From assembly GCA_012295275.1 (NCBI GenBank), contig CM022679.1, forward strand, positions 26,164,001 to 26,228,000: a DNA stretch of 64,000 nt. The letters run 5' to 3'. The notes beneath the pieces were generated by a model. It was given only the letters and a program-made list of their open reading frames with translations. It was not told the origin of the DNA and did no database searches. The stretch comes from Chrysomallon squamiferum (Eukaryota > Animalia > Mollusca). Position 1 is the stretch's first letter. Each line of letters begins with the position of its first letter. The translations under genes were made by a program, and so were the position numbers. Below, piece after piece: positions 1 through 32,148 of this stretch.

Positions 1-1015
1 TATCTCATTAGCTTCATTTCATTTTTCTTTTCTCTTTATTTCAATTACTTAGATCATCTCATCGTCTCTTTCTTTGTCTTTTCTCTCAGACTATTTCACT
101 TCATCTCTCTCAGTCTCTCTCTCAGTTTCTCCCTTCCGTGTCCCTGTCCCCCTGTCCCCCCTCTCCCCTTCCTTCCAGTCTCCCCCACCCTTTTCTTCTC
201 CCCCCTCTCAAGCACGCGCAACGTGTGTATCTCGGCCACATAATACTTCCAGTCAAGCTAAAGACTGCTTTCTATTTTAATCTTTTATTCCAACGAAGCT
301 GCAACCATTAACCACCCAATATCTTTACATTTTTTTTTTTTTTTTTTTTTAACTTTTATATTTCTTCGTACATTATTTTTTGGTACAATCAGTTTTCATT
401 TCGCTGCCTGAAAACACTGAATGGCATTTTGATGCCATTAGTTAACGATCAAGAACTCTGACTCGAAGCAATTTCCCCTTGCTTGTAATCGGGTGTAAGG
501 CAGTCTGGGAGATAAAAAAAAAAAAAAAAAAAAAAAAATGCATTAAAAAAAAAAAAAAAATCCTTTCTCCCCCCCTCTCACCCACCTATAGAAACTTATT
601 TATTCTGCCCGTGTAAGCATCGCGCACACACTTTTTTAATTAATGTCCGTCTCCGCACAATGGCAGCCAGTGGGAGGACTGCCACCGAGTGCTTTGAGCG
701 GCTGCTGGGTTGAATATATTGTCGCTCGCGTAAGCCGCATATTCTGCGAAAGAAAACCTCATTTCCGAAAAGCACCGCGCCATAGTGGAAAGTCTTGTCG
801 AAGTGAATCCCAGAGAGTCGCAGCGCCGCGGGTGGGGTGGATGGTGGGGGGGGGGGGTTGAGAGCCAGCGTCGATTGCCAATGGCAACTGATATGATTAT
901 TAATTGTATGTATGTGTGTGTGTGTATGTGTGTACTGTATAGGGAGGAACGATGGGAGGGGGAAGGGGATATAGGTTCGCAGGGAAGATACTGAGAATGT
1001 ACCTGTGGGTTTATG

Positions 1016-1029
1016 ACAGACAGACAGAC

Positions 1030-1068
<39 letters not shown>

Positions 1069-1229
1069 TAGATAGATAGACAGAGAGACAGACAGACAGA
1101 CAGATAGATAGATAAAGAAAGAGAGACGCTCAAATTATTATAAAACCAAAATTATGTATATATATATATATATATATACATACATACATACATGAATATT
1201 TACATACATATATGCATACATACATACAT

Positions 1230-1289
<60 letters not shown>

Positions 1290-1290
1290 A
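1016..1290. repeat. Compound microsatellite (AGAC/AGAT)n, (TA)n, (TACA)n, (CA)n
   Basis: Read directly. Confidence 0.9.
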
Positions 1291-3513
1291 CATACAGGGA
1301 CACCTGCAATATGTTTTTAACATTGTACATTTTTTGAAAATACGAACTCATTTCATTGTTTTCTTTTCAAACGCCCATCAAACATCTTGTAAACTTCTGG
1401 TTCACTTCGTGTTCATTTCTATCTTATTGAAATATAACAACATGCACGTGCCTCGACCATGAAAAGCTTCAAGGATGTCAGTGATTGAGAACTTAAGTGG
1501 TCTTTGGCCACGCCCACACTCACACACAAAAAAACAAATATTTCAGAAGCTTGTTGAGGTTTGCATTTTTGGCCGTCATTGTTTTGCAGTTTGGATTTCA
1601 AAGATCATGTCACAGCAAATGTTACTTCCCATCCAGCTGTTACAAACAGCCTGAGTGGTAATTATGTTATCATGGAGTTAGGGAAAACCTTTGGAGATAT
1701 TAATTATAATAATATTTTCGTTTTAATTTGTGACTGTGTGTGTGTTTGTGCGCGCGCGCGCGCGTGTGTGTTTAGTGTAGTGATTATTCTTGGTAAGACT
1801 GCATATATATTAATGTATGTATCTACATATGTGTTGTGTTTGTGTATGTGTGTATATGTATTAATTTATGTATATCAATGCGTGAAGTACTTTTTTTTTT
1901 TTTTTTAAACGTATCTTTCATTATTCGATTACAAAACGAAACCGAATCATTGCAGTTCGAAAACAAGACTGTAATGAATCTTCAGCTGTTTTAACCGTCT
2001 GTTTGGGAGTAAACAGCACTGAACCAATTCAGTGACACGTTTAGGTTCAAAAATAACGTTTAACAGAAACCGCAACGATTTGCTGAGAAGAGAAGTAAAT
2101 AAATAGATTTTCGTGTTGACATCGATCTATTATTTATTCATGCTAACAAATTGAATATATGAGACAATTATGCTTCATATGTACTCGAACTTTGATCGTA
2201 AATTGAACTGGTAGACTGGGAAGTCATACACACAGAGAGACAGACAGGCGAAAAGACAGACAGACAACGTTAGAAATAGAAATTGGGGATTGAAAAGAAA
2301 AACAGAAAGAAAAAAATAATGGTGAAATAAAACATAATAGAAGAACGAAACAAAGAATGAATGAAAGGTGAACGTCGTGATAGAAAGAATGTCATAATAA
2401 GAAAGAAAAAGAAAAAAATAAGAGTAAAAGAAAATGAAGGAAGAAATAGAAGAAAAAAGAAAAAAAATAAAGACAAAAAAAAGAAATATGACAACATTTA
2501 TAACGACGAGGACACAATAACCATCACGCGCTGCAACTTCTCTCACCGAGTCGGCGCGTAAATCCCAATTCACTTCCGGTCGACTGGTATACATTACGCG
2601 CCGCGATAATGCCCAGGAAGTCGTATGCAAGCCGGCTTTCGCGGGACGAGTCATAAGACACCAGTGCAGAGGAAGCCAGCTGTAATTAGCAATTCACGCT
2701 AAGAGGGGTCGCTGGTGCCAGAGTCTTGTAACAATCGAGGTTAGAGTGATTTGGAGTTCTCTCTCTTTGTTCAGCCGGAAATGACGAGTGCGCCTGAAAT
2801 TGGCCATTTGTCTGGCTCCGACATTGCCTGACTAATTTGAATGTGTGACTCGGTGTTTGTGACGCGGTGCTATGACAAATCGTAGACCTCTTCAAAATGT
2901 TCCTGATCCTTCCTCGGTATCTTTATCTTTTTTTTTTTTTTTTTTTTTTTTGCGTGAAGTCAATAACGTCAGATTAAAATGTGGCTCTGGTAATTATTAT
3001 TATTTCAGACTAACAGCAAGATTCGACTTTGCGACGAGATCAATTTAATTTTTAGTGATTTTTTGTCTGTCGGTCTGTATTAATATTAAAAGGAATTAAT
3101 CCAACGCATTGAAACTGAAATGACTGTTATTTACACCGTTACGTGCACATACATTAATTATTTAAATAAAATAACAAATGTGTTAATTATTTAACCTATC
3201 AATGATAAAAATGATGGTGACGTTAGTTGTCAGGATATTAATAAAAACAATTTAAAAAAATATATGTAACAACTGTAACATCAACAATTACAGGAACAAC
3301 AGCAGCAGCAGCAACAGCAACGACGACAATAATAATAATAACAATAATAATAATAACAACAACAACAACAATAATTACTGAAACCCAAAAGCCAGTGTTC
3401 AGGTTAAACACTTGTTTATTTCTTCTTTCATTTACTTACTCCATTCATTCATTCGTTCTTTCGTTCGTTCATTAAATGATAATATTAATGTTTCTAAATT
3501 TGTGTATTTTCAG

Positions 3514-20787
<17,274 letters not shown>

Positions 20788-22991
20788 CATCATCAACGAC
20801 AACAACAAAAAAACTCTTCGTCACAAAGCGCGCGAAAAAGTCAAAATCAGCCTAGGCTACAAAACAGATAAAAATAAATAAAGAATCATTAAAAGAAGAA
20901 ACAAAAACGAACACTCCTTATTGGATATCGTAGAATATTTCTCGAATTCTTATTGGCTGAAACAGATTTTTTTTTTGAAAAAAAACCCTGTGTTTCATTG
21001 GATGAAAATCTGCAGCGAATATTTGTGAAATTCCTATTGGCTGATATTATGATTTTTTTTTTAAAAACTAACTTTGAATTCGTTCTGGTATTTTGTTTAT
21101 AATACCATCTGAGAGTGACAGAAGGAAGAAAGATAGAAAGAAAAATAAACAACTGAAAATAGTGACGAGGTATCGAAGAGTTAGGAAACTGTTTTTAATA
21201 ATAAAAAACAACAAAAAAACAACAACAGAAAAACAAAAGAAGAAGAAGTCGAAAATAGTGTGTGACGTGTGTTTTCTGTGAATATTGTTCGGACATATGC
21301 TGCTGCTAAAAAGAGTGGTAAACTATTTATAATTATAAAAAAAAAAACATAAACATTTGTAACTAACTGATTGTTATGGTCTCAGAAATATCAGATTTTT
21401 TTTTTTTTTTTTTTTTTGTAATATATATATATCAATGTGTGTGTGTGACAAATATTTGTTTTGTCAAAACGATAGTCCCATTTTAAATGTTTATGTTACC
21501 CAATATTCTCTGTATGATCGTTAAAACTTCTCTCCAATTACTCAGTGGATTTTCATGATCAAAAATTATAGAGGAATCATATCATAAATTCATATATATG
21601 TATGTATATATATATATGATGAAAAGAAATACTAGTAGAAATAGCACATATAATTTCAATCTGTCGGTGTTTGCTTAAATATGTCAGTGTTAAACATTAG
21701 AAAAATGATTGCAGTGTAGAATGAACATTAAACTGACCAATGAGAAGGCGTGTTTTAGAATCCCGACTAAACCATTGGTTAATTTGAAAACAACCAGTCA
21801 GGAAAGCCGTTTCAGGACGCATAGAGCTTGTTAATTTAGTACGACGTAATTTTATCATTGATCTAGTATTGCATTTTGGTTTGTCAGCGGTCTGACTAGT
21901 AAAGTGAAGTCATTTTGTTTCTTTCTATGTCTATAGTTTATATTAATTATTTAATTAACGCACAAAAGCGAGTCAGTTATTGAGGATGTTTAGATCTCAC
22001 GGTCAGTTTTCTGTAAAAGAAATGAAAAATCATCACGGTTTAGTATAAGATCTTTTCTTCTTTCTGTATTTTTTTAAATTTATTTTTTTAATTTTCTTTT
22101 CTTTAAATCTGTGACTTAGCGGCACTTTGCATTAATTCATCAAACATCATCAACCCTCGTTGGTCTGAACTGCTGCCTTCATGTTTTTTTTTTTTTTTTT
22201 TTTTTTGCCGAAAGAGAACAGAGAACAATCCTATTTCGTGTTCTACACCTTCTACAGAACAACCATATTTCATGTTTCTCAGCTTTTATAGAACAAACAT
22301 GTTTCATGTTGTACACACTGCTACAGAACAACCGCAAAGTACATCAGACTTCATTGTCTTTGGAGAATCCAATAGAAGAAGAAGAAGAAGAAGAAGAAGA
22401 AAAAAAAAAAAAAGACCCGTTCTCCGTGAATAGTTTGTTGAGATTTTCAAAAGACGTAGACTTAGCATTGAATGCTATGCGTCACTTTGCGCACCTCTGG
22501 TGCTTTCAGTTGCTTAGGTGTGTTTGCGCATCTTAAAAGACAGACAGACAGTCTAGTGTACGATGTGGAACAGATCGGTTTCTGTGTTTCCCATAATTAA
22601 ACGAAGTCGATTTCATTTACTGCAACGTCATTCAGCACGACAGTGTAAATACCATGATGCAGATTTCATCGCGTACACAGAAGTAAGTAAACTATGTTAG
22701 AAACGATCAATTCTACACTGCAAATTTTTAGGATACGAAAAGATTTTTTTTTTTTTTTAAAAAGATGGAATCAAAATGAGTGTTGTGTGCAATATTTATT
22801 TATCATTTTTCTCTCATTTATATCACAACAGAAAATTCGAATTTTATTAAAACATATAAAAATATATATATATATTAAAATTTTTTATTAAAACAAAAAT
22901 AAAACCTACGGAAGCCCAGCATTGTCATAATCGTTTTAACTGCTTATTGGTTTTGATTTGCGTAAGTGCCATTCCATTTTTTAAATTTTTT

Positions 22992-23033
<42 letters not shown>

Positions 23034-23990
23034 TCAAACATTACGGATATATATGTCACGGACTATCCACTGATAAAGACAGATTACAGTATTTCTTTTG
23101 TTGTGTTCGCTGTTCATCTATTATCCCGTCATTAACGAAGTTGTGTCACATTTGATACCCTGAAACTAACACATTTAACCCCTCCCCTACAAAGAATGTA
23201 TATCATTTATTTAACGTGTCAATAACACAGGCCCGCGTGCGTGTGGTGAAAGGGTTAAAATATTTATGTAGATCTGTTTTAGATGTTTTTAAAATTCACG
23301 TCTTTCTTTTTTTTTTCATTTTTCATTTTTTTTTTTTTTTTTTTTTTATTCTTTTAATAATCCAACCTTTGATCCAAGATTACCACTAATTCCATTTTGC
23401 AGTATAAATTATTAAAAATTTTTTTAAAAATTTAAAATTAAAATTTTAATGAATTAATTTGAAATGAACATCATTATATATGAATTAAAAAGAACAAAAG
23501 CAACTTCAAAGAAACAAAAATCACAAACACACCCCCCATTTTAATCTTGCCAGTATAATGAAAAAAACTGAATTGCTCAATTTATCATTGTAGTATATTT
23601 TTTATTATTATTATTATTTTTTTTTTTTTTTTTTCAATTATTATTAAATTTTTATTATTAATAATATTATTATTGTAGTTTTTAATTTGTTCATTTCAAA
23701 TATATGTCATTTTTTAAGATCATGTTTCAAATACTTATACAGTGTGTTGCGTTATTCGGGTACTTTCTACTTTGCTCATTTTAAAGAAAAATAATTATTT
23801 GTTACCACGAAGAAGATGTTTATTATTATTGTAGATATACCACACTTAAGCAAAACGAAGTTTGTATGTATATTAAATATCCATAGTATGTACATATAAT
23901 AAGTGTATATGTTCTGTTTTATATAGTTATCACTTTCATTGTATATAGATTTTATATCGCCGCGTAATCTCTTTCACCATTTTTTATATG

Positions 23991-24070
<80 letters not shown>

Positions 24071-24166
24071 CGTTATTATCGCTATTTTTGTTATTATTAT
24101 CACAAGTAGTAGTATACTGTTATTATTATTATTATTATCGTAATTATTACTATTATTATTATGATG

Positions 24167-24220
<54 letters not shown>

Positions 24221-24679
24221 TGAACGTGTGATTTCTTTCGTGTCTTGCCAGCAAAATACATTTTACCAAGAAAACTGAATTTTCTATTTTTTTTTTGTTG
24301 TCTTCATTATCTTACTGTATCTTGAGAAAACAGAAAAACAAAGAGTCGAACTATTATTTTCAGTATCTGTTAGAACTGGAGAGTACTCGACAGGTTTATT
24401 ATAACAAATATTAAGAAAACTGAAATAATTTGTTCCTATGTATAAGAATAATTTGTCATAATGTAGAAAATAATAATAAGAATAATTTGTCGTATGAGTA
24501 AAAAGTTTTAATAATTTGTCACGTGATTGATACCTTAATATGATTTTAAGATATTTTATATACAATTCGCAATCATAAAATGTTAACAAAATATATGTTA
24601 TAATTTATGTTACAGACAAAAGAATAAGAATTATAATATTATACTGATTTGATTCGAAAAGTATTTTCATTCAGTTTTA

Positions 24680-24714
<35 letters not shown>

Positions 24715-24776
24715 CTTGCATTCCTTGCCGTTAACTATTTAACGAGAATTCTCAATTCTTGCCACGCCAAGTATTT

Positions 24777-24830
<54 letters not shown>

Positions 24831-24960
24831 TATTATTATTATTATTATTACTACTATTGGATTCATCATCATCATTAGCATTGTCATCAATATTAGCATA
24901 AAGAATACTTTTTCCATCTCTTTTATTTTTCGAAATAAAAATTTGAAAATTAATTAAAAT
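20788..24960 (+). other. Probable long 3' UTR of Pax2/5/8 (3' end uncertain)
   Basis: Follows the stop codon; U-rich, several TGTA motifs, AATAAA candidates near 22899 and 24934-24963. The end cannot be fixed without transcripts. Confidence 0.4.
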
Positions 24961-26624
24961 AAACCTTTTAAATTAATTTTCGACTAATTTATATAATTCG
25001 AGCACGCCTTCTGTGGCATTATTTAATCAAAATTATGCTCGCATCAGAAGACTGAGATACCACGAGAACTTTTCACTGGTTAAAAATAATTTATTTCGTT
25101 TTCATAGGTGGTTTGTTTAATCTTTGAAAAGTGAAATAAAGATGTGTTATTATATTGCAATAACGAATCAGATTTTAATTTTTTTTTAAATGTTTTTTTA
25201 AAAAAAAAAGATTTCGTACGGAATCTAAATGTGGCAACTTTACAATAAAATCTGAATGTTTTCGTTTTCTTTTATTATTATTATTATTATTATTATTTTT
25301 TTTTTTGTAATATTTCTTGTCTTTGTAACAAACTCGTATATTGTATGTGTGCAACTCACAATAATAAAATGCCATATTCTTTTAAACAAATGGAGTTTTT
25401 TTTTGTTTTTGTTTTTTTTGGTTTCCTGTTTTGCGATGTTGATTCTTAATCAGATGTTTCCCAAGAAATTAACGAAAGCGACCGTATAAGGATGAAAGGA
25501 CGGATTTGTTAAAAAGAGAAGAATGAACGAAAGAACGAAAGAACGATAATAATGACTGAAAGTTCTTCAGTAGAAAAGGCATGAATGAAAGAATGAAAGA
25601 AGGGACAGTTCTGATAAATTAATTAAAGAACGCAATCGTGAATGAAAGAACTTCAAAGCGAAGAAAGAATGAATAAATAAATGAAAGCATCGATAAATGA
25701 AAGAAGTTTCGTTAAAAGAAGAAAACTATTTAAATGCTAATCGAACGAATGTATAAATGTATGTTTAGTTAACATCATCTCAAACACTTTTTTTTTTTTT
25801 TTTATCGATATCAATTTAAACTTTTTCTATGACAATTAACCCGCTGTTGCATCCCATATTCTTCTCCTAACAAAATTAATCATTGTAAAAGGACTCGCTA
25901 ATGCATAGATTCAGGAGTCCTTGCTATATCGGGAAATTAACAACCAATGAGAGCACGCGAGACGAAGAGTATTCAGTTTTCCACCAAACTGTGACAAAAT
26001 GTTTTTGTTGTTTGAAAACCAAATATATTAATTATGAAGTGTGTTAATTATTAACTGAATTAATTAAGCGCACGCCTGTGCACTTTGACAGAGATACAAA
26101 ACACACACACACACACACAGAATGAGAGATTCATACTTTCACATATACTGAAGAGAATAGTAATAATAATAATAATATAATAATAATAATAATAACAATA
26201 ATAATAATAATAAGAGGAAAGGTCATGATTGATTGGAAATTAATATCTCTCTAAGTTTTGATAAACTAATAACAAAAACATTCAGTTTTATTCATTAAAC
26301 AAATAAAAATATAAAGTCACTCAAACAGAATAAGCTGTTATAGATCTTTAGAGCTGTTACTATAACAGACCGTGAACAACAACAAAAAAGTAATAAAAAT
26401 TAAAATTAAAATTCACCAGTGCTACCATATGATAAACAGCGAAGTATATATAAGTTTGTTATCGCAGAAGTCACGGAGACTGTCTGGAACGGGAAATATG
26501 CTATATTAAATATCAACCGTAAAATATTATAATGATTGTCTAAAAGCCGAAACTTTTAATTCTATAGGTACTTCATTTCGTTATGTATCACATTATTTCG
26601 TTATGTATCATTCTCTTGTTTTAT

Positions 26625-27143
26625 ATGTCACTAAATAACTTAGATGTGACTAATTAATTACAAATTCTGATGTCACAAAACATTCACTAAATTCTGGGGT
26701 CAATAAACAAATTAAAAAAAAAAAATGGTCTCACTAAATAAATACAAATTTAAATGTCACAAATTTCGGATTTCACTAAATACAAAATTCAGAAGTCACT
26801 GAATAAATACAAAATTCAGATGTCACTAAACAAATAAAAAATTCAGATGCCACTAGTAAATAGAAAATTAATAATTATGTCACTAAATAAATACAAAAAT
26901 AACCTTTTGTAGATTTTAACAAGAATTCATTAAATTATAGAGTTTATTTCAAATTCAGAAGTCACTGAATAAATACAAAATTCAGATATCACTAAACAAA
27001 TAAAAAATTCATATGTCACTAAATAAATAAAAAATTCAAATGTCACTAATAAATAGAAAATTCATAATTATGTCACTAAATAAATACAAAAACAACCTTT
27101 TGTAGATTTTAACAAGAATTAATTTAATAATAGAGTTTATTCC
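26625..27143. repeat. Minisatellite of ~26-28 bp units (AAATTCAGATGTCACTAAATAAATAC) with a higher-order duplication
   Basis: About 15 recurrences of (G)TCACTAA-like core; block 26785-26950 repeated at 26951-27143. Confidence 0.85.
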
Positions 27144-27679
27144 ATGTCTATAAATTCAAAAACAAATTACTTTTGATTACAGTACTAATAAATCATATTT
27201 GAAATTCATCTCTACAAAATACAAAACATCTTTTTGCACCTTCTTTGCAAATTTCTTTTTAACTAATGACAAATGTTAATCGATTTTGTTTAAAATACCA
27301 CTTTATAAATAGTAGTCTTCGCACATCTATAACCACAGGTTAACCTAATAAAATAGTTATAACATGCTTAAATTAATGTTAATACAAAATCGGATATCAA
27401 TATCATTAAGCCAATACATCGATTTTAGATCGATTACCGATATATATATGTATATAAAACAGTCACTCGTCCATTCATCATTTATAGCATGTATTGTTGA
27501 ATATGTTCTTGTAAACTCTGAACCTGTGGCGCAAGAGATAATTATTCACATTATTCAGGGGCGGGGCTGAATTTCAGAAAGGAGGGTGGGGAGATACTCT
27601 ATCTGTGAGGTGAATAAAATTCTTAAACTTTTAAAATGAAAATAATCAGTTCACTTATACTGAATTTGAGAATCGCCAT

Positions 27680-27915
<236 letters not shown>

Positions 27916-28620
27916 ATATTACAGGGAAGGATGGACGAACGTCCCCTCTTTATCTCCTCCTATTATCGATCTCCAGCTAAAATCGATAACCGATCGATTA
28001 CTGCAGCAAAGTCGCATTCTTTGGAAAGAAAGTAACTTCCATAAATGTTTCATCAGCGACTCATTATGTGATACAGCGTCACAGTTTCTGTGGTAGAAGT
28101 AAAAAAAAAAAAAAAAAAAAAAAAAATGCCTCTCGATCAAGTTTGAAGCCGACATGAATATGATGAAAAGGAATAAAAGATTGGACGGTTCGAAGGCGAC
28201 AAATAAAAGTGGTTTTCAGAAAGTGAATAAATAAGAATTCAGAAACATATATAACATTAAAAATTTAAATATATATATATATATATATTATGTCTCATTT
28301 TTATTTTTTTGTTTGTTTTCGATGTGGAGTTGTGTTCATTATTTACGTGTTGGTAAATGACAATTATATAACAGTTTGTGAAGTTAGTTAAGTAATAATA
28401 ATTATAGTAATAATGATGATACGATGATGATGATGATGACTATGATTGTGATAATAATAATCATAATAATGAAAATCATAATGATGATAATGAAGAAGTT
28501 GATAATAATAATAAATAATAATAACAATAACAATAATAAATATCATACAACGATGATACAGCAACACCACCACCAACATCAACAACAACAACAACAACAG
28601 TAGTAGTAGTAGTACTAGTA

Positions 28621-28665
<45 letters not shown>

Positions 28666-28981
28666 TAAAATTTAAAATTTGAGATGATTTTGTTGTTTGC
28701 CTTAGGATTCTTCACAAGTTTTCCTTTATGAAAAAACAAACAAACCGGAAACAGTTAAAGTTTCATTTTTCTTATATTTTATTTTATTTGATCGTGGGTG
28801 TATCTTTTTTGTTTTATTTATTTTTATTTTTTATTTTTTATTTTATTTTTTTTTTTTTTTTATTTTGTTTAAATTAGAGTGTATCTTTTAATTTTTTTTA
28901 ATTTTTATTTATTTATTTATTTATTTTGTTTGTTTGTTTCTTTGAAATTAGAGAATACATACACACATGCATACACACACA

Positions 28982-29048
<67 letters not shown>

Positions 29049-29334
29049 GAAGAAGAAGATGATGAATGGAAAGTAAAATTAAAATTAAATGATGTTGTAA
29101 CATAATGAAATTTTTATTCTATATTAAAATTATGTATGTATATATATATATATATATATAAACAGTCAGACACAAATCCAACCATCCATCCATCCATCCA
29201 TACACACATAGATACGCATGCATATATATTTTATGTATGGTATGGATGTGTGTATGTGTGTATATATATATGTATATATGTATGTAATCATGTATGTGTA
29301 TATATATGTGTATATATATTTATACATACATAAT

Positions 29335-29381
<47 letters not shown>

Positions 29382-30025
29382 ACATCCATACATACATAAA
29401 ATCGACCAACTAAACATTCATCTTCGACAAAATACATTTCATTTAACCGTTTTACCTATAAAATACGGGTTACAAAAAAATACTAGGATATCGATAATAT
29501 ATTACAGACACTGTTGTCGAGTTTCACGTACGTTATTTTTCTCTCCATTAAAAATCATAATTGCTGGAAAACACTGTGTACCACGTGTTTTACAACTATT
29601 GCCAACAGATGGTGCACTAATTAGCACGTGCATTTCTCACCTTGGATTGAAAATAATCGTGCCTGCTTACAACGTACGTTGCCACTGAAATGTAAATGTG
29701 ACAACAATGCAGAACAAACTTATGGGACATTTGTAGTGGTATTCAGCTAGCTTTGGTTTCTGTGTTTACATTTGGCGAGTGGTTTTTTTATTTTTTTTTT
29801 ATGTCCATTGGAAAACTGGTAACACGTGCTCGATGATTCAAAGAAAAACGGTTATTCAAAGTGAACTTTTAAACTAACAGAAACTGTGTCATTGTCGTTT
29901 ATTGGCTTATCATTGGGTGTTTTTTTGTTGTTGTTGTTGTTGTCTTTTTTAATAATAATAATAATAATAATAATATTTGGAACTGGAAAGTAAAAATAAA
30001 AGTAAAATGATATTCTTATTAAAAC

Positions 30026-30076
<51 letters not shown>

Positions 30077-30426
30077 TGTTGTTGTTATTGCTGTTTGATT
30101 TTATCATTATCATTAAATTATTGTTATTATTATTATTATTTTTATTATTGTTATTATTATTATTTATATGTTTCATTTCTTTCATGTCATCTATTTATAT
30201 ATCCTTATTTTCGTAATTTTTTATTCCTTATCTTTTAAAATGGAATTCTTCATATAAACACAGCAAAATATAACTATTAATAATTTTATAACAAGCCTTT
30301 AAAAAACTAGTATATGTACTCCATGGATTCTAACATTAGTTTTACAGTCATCGAACAATCACATTCTAATTAAAAAAAAAAAAATAATTTTAAATAAAAC
30401 ATTACACACACACATTGAATATGAAA

Positions 30427-30565
<139 letters not shown>

Positions 30566-32084
30566 ATGGTAAGCTACGACTCTTTGAAGTTAACCGTAGA
30601 TTATCTCTGATACTCACTGGTCTTTGATGTTAGTGTAACAATAATGTTTGTCTTTGTTCTTTGTTAGCAATCGATCTTCCCATTGTTCTCGTGTTTATAC
30701 AATGGACAGTAACACGAACTCCCAGATAAGTATATTTATTATTATCATTATTATTAGTAGTATTATTAGTATTAGCTGTACTAGTGGAAATAGTAGTAGT
30801 TGAAGTAGCAGTAGTTGTTTTTGCACTCGTCGCAGTAGTATTTATTATTTATTATAATTATTCCAGTTTATTATTATTAATATCATTATTGTTGTTGTTT
30901 TTTCTTGTTTACACATCATGTATGTATGTATTTATGTATGTTTGTAATTTATGCAGTAATAGATTTTAACATGTATGCATTCATATGTGTCTATATATGT
31001 GTGTGTGAGTGTTTGTGAATGTGTCTGTGTATTTGTGTGTGTTTACGTATATGTACATTTTATTTTTATATATGTCTTTTATATGTACGTAAGTACTTAC
31101 CTATATATATATATATAAATATAATGTCGAAAGCATGTTGTATATATATATATATATATTTATTACTATTTTATTAGTCCTTCAGATTTTATTTACTAAT
31201 AGGTTTTAATATCAACATCATGTGAAAAATGCACTGATACAACCCAGCTGGAACAATTACAACGTGTAGCCATAGCAAATTGTCATAACTGCTCCCCCGC
31301 CGGGCGTCCAAACAAACCCAAACCATTGTCGCTTCACAACCCCGAACATTTTTCGCCTTCTTCGGCTTCTTTCCCACAATCAGCGGGCTTTCATAAGTCC
31401 TCGATATTTGTCATGTGTTTAATATACTGACAGTCATTCTTAATATAAATGTTTTATTATCAGTCACGGGCCATGAATCACCTAATCGGCCGCAAGACAC
31501 CATCGTGTGCCAAAAGGAATAATTTGGTTTGACAGCTCCCGTGTACTGTATTATTAAGGCAACAGGACTCGCGAACAAAACACTGCTGCAACATTTTTAT
31601 TGACTCCAGTGACTATTTTAAGTTTTATGTCGTGTCGAACACGGCGCCTTGGCTTTTGCACTAAATGGTCGTTTGTGAGTCCATTTTTTTATTTTTTGAT
31701 ATATTTTTTTATTTTTTAATTTATTTCATCTTTTTTTTTTCTTTTTTTTTTAACTTCCACTGTTTTGTTCCTCGAAAACTTTATTCCTTAAATGGTGCTC
31801 GAATATGCTTCATACACGGGTACATTTTATTATGATTATTATTATTATTCTGGGAAATTATTTCCATGTTTTCGTTCGTTCAGTGGTTATTAAGCAGATT
31901 TTTAGGGTTTTTTTTTTTTTTTCACGAGTGCTCGGAATGATAATGGTGTGAGTGTCTGAGTTGACTTGTAAAAAAAATCTTTTCAGACTGGAGACGTCCT
32001 GCTGGTTTATCTGCTGATAAGAAAAGATCACAAAATAATTTTACTTGATGACTCGTTAGATTTATAGCTTTTGTTTTCTTTATG

Positions 32085-32148
<64 letters not shown>

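Noticed and set aside
25888-25922. Short hairpin AAGGACTC...GAGTCCTT as a possible miRNA or structured RNA
   Set aside because: Only an 8 bp stem; too short for a pre-miRNA and no known mature sequence recognised
26625-27143. Regularly spaced repeat superficially like a CRISPR array
   Set aside because: Units are contiguous and degenerate with no unique spacers; eukaryotic context and no cas genes
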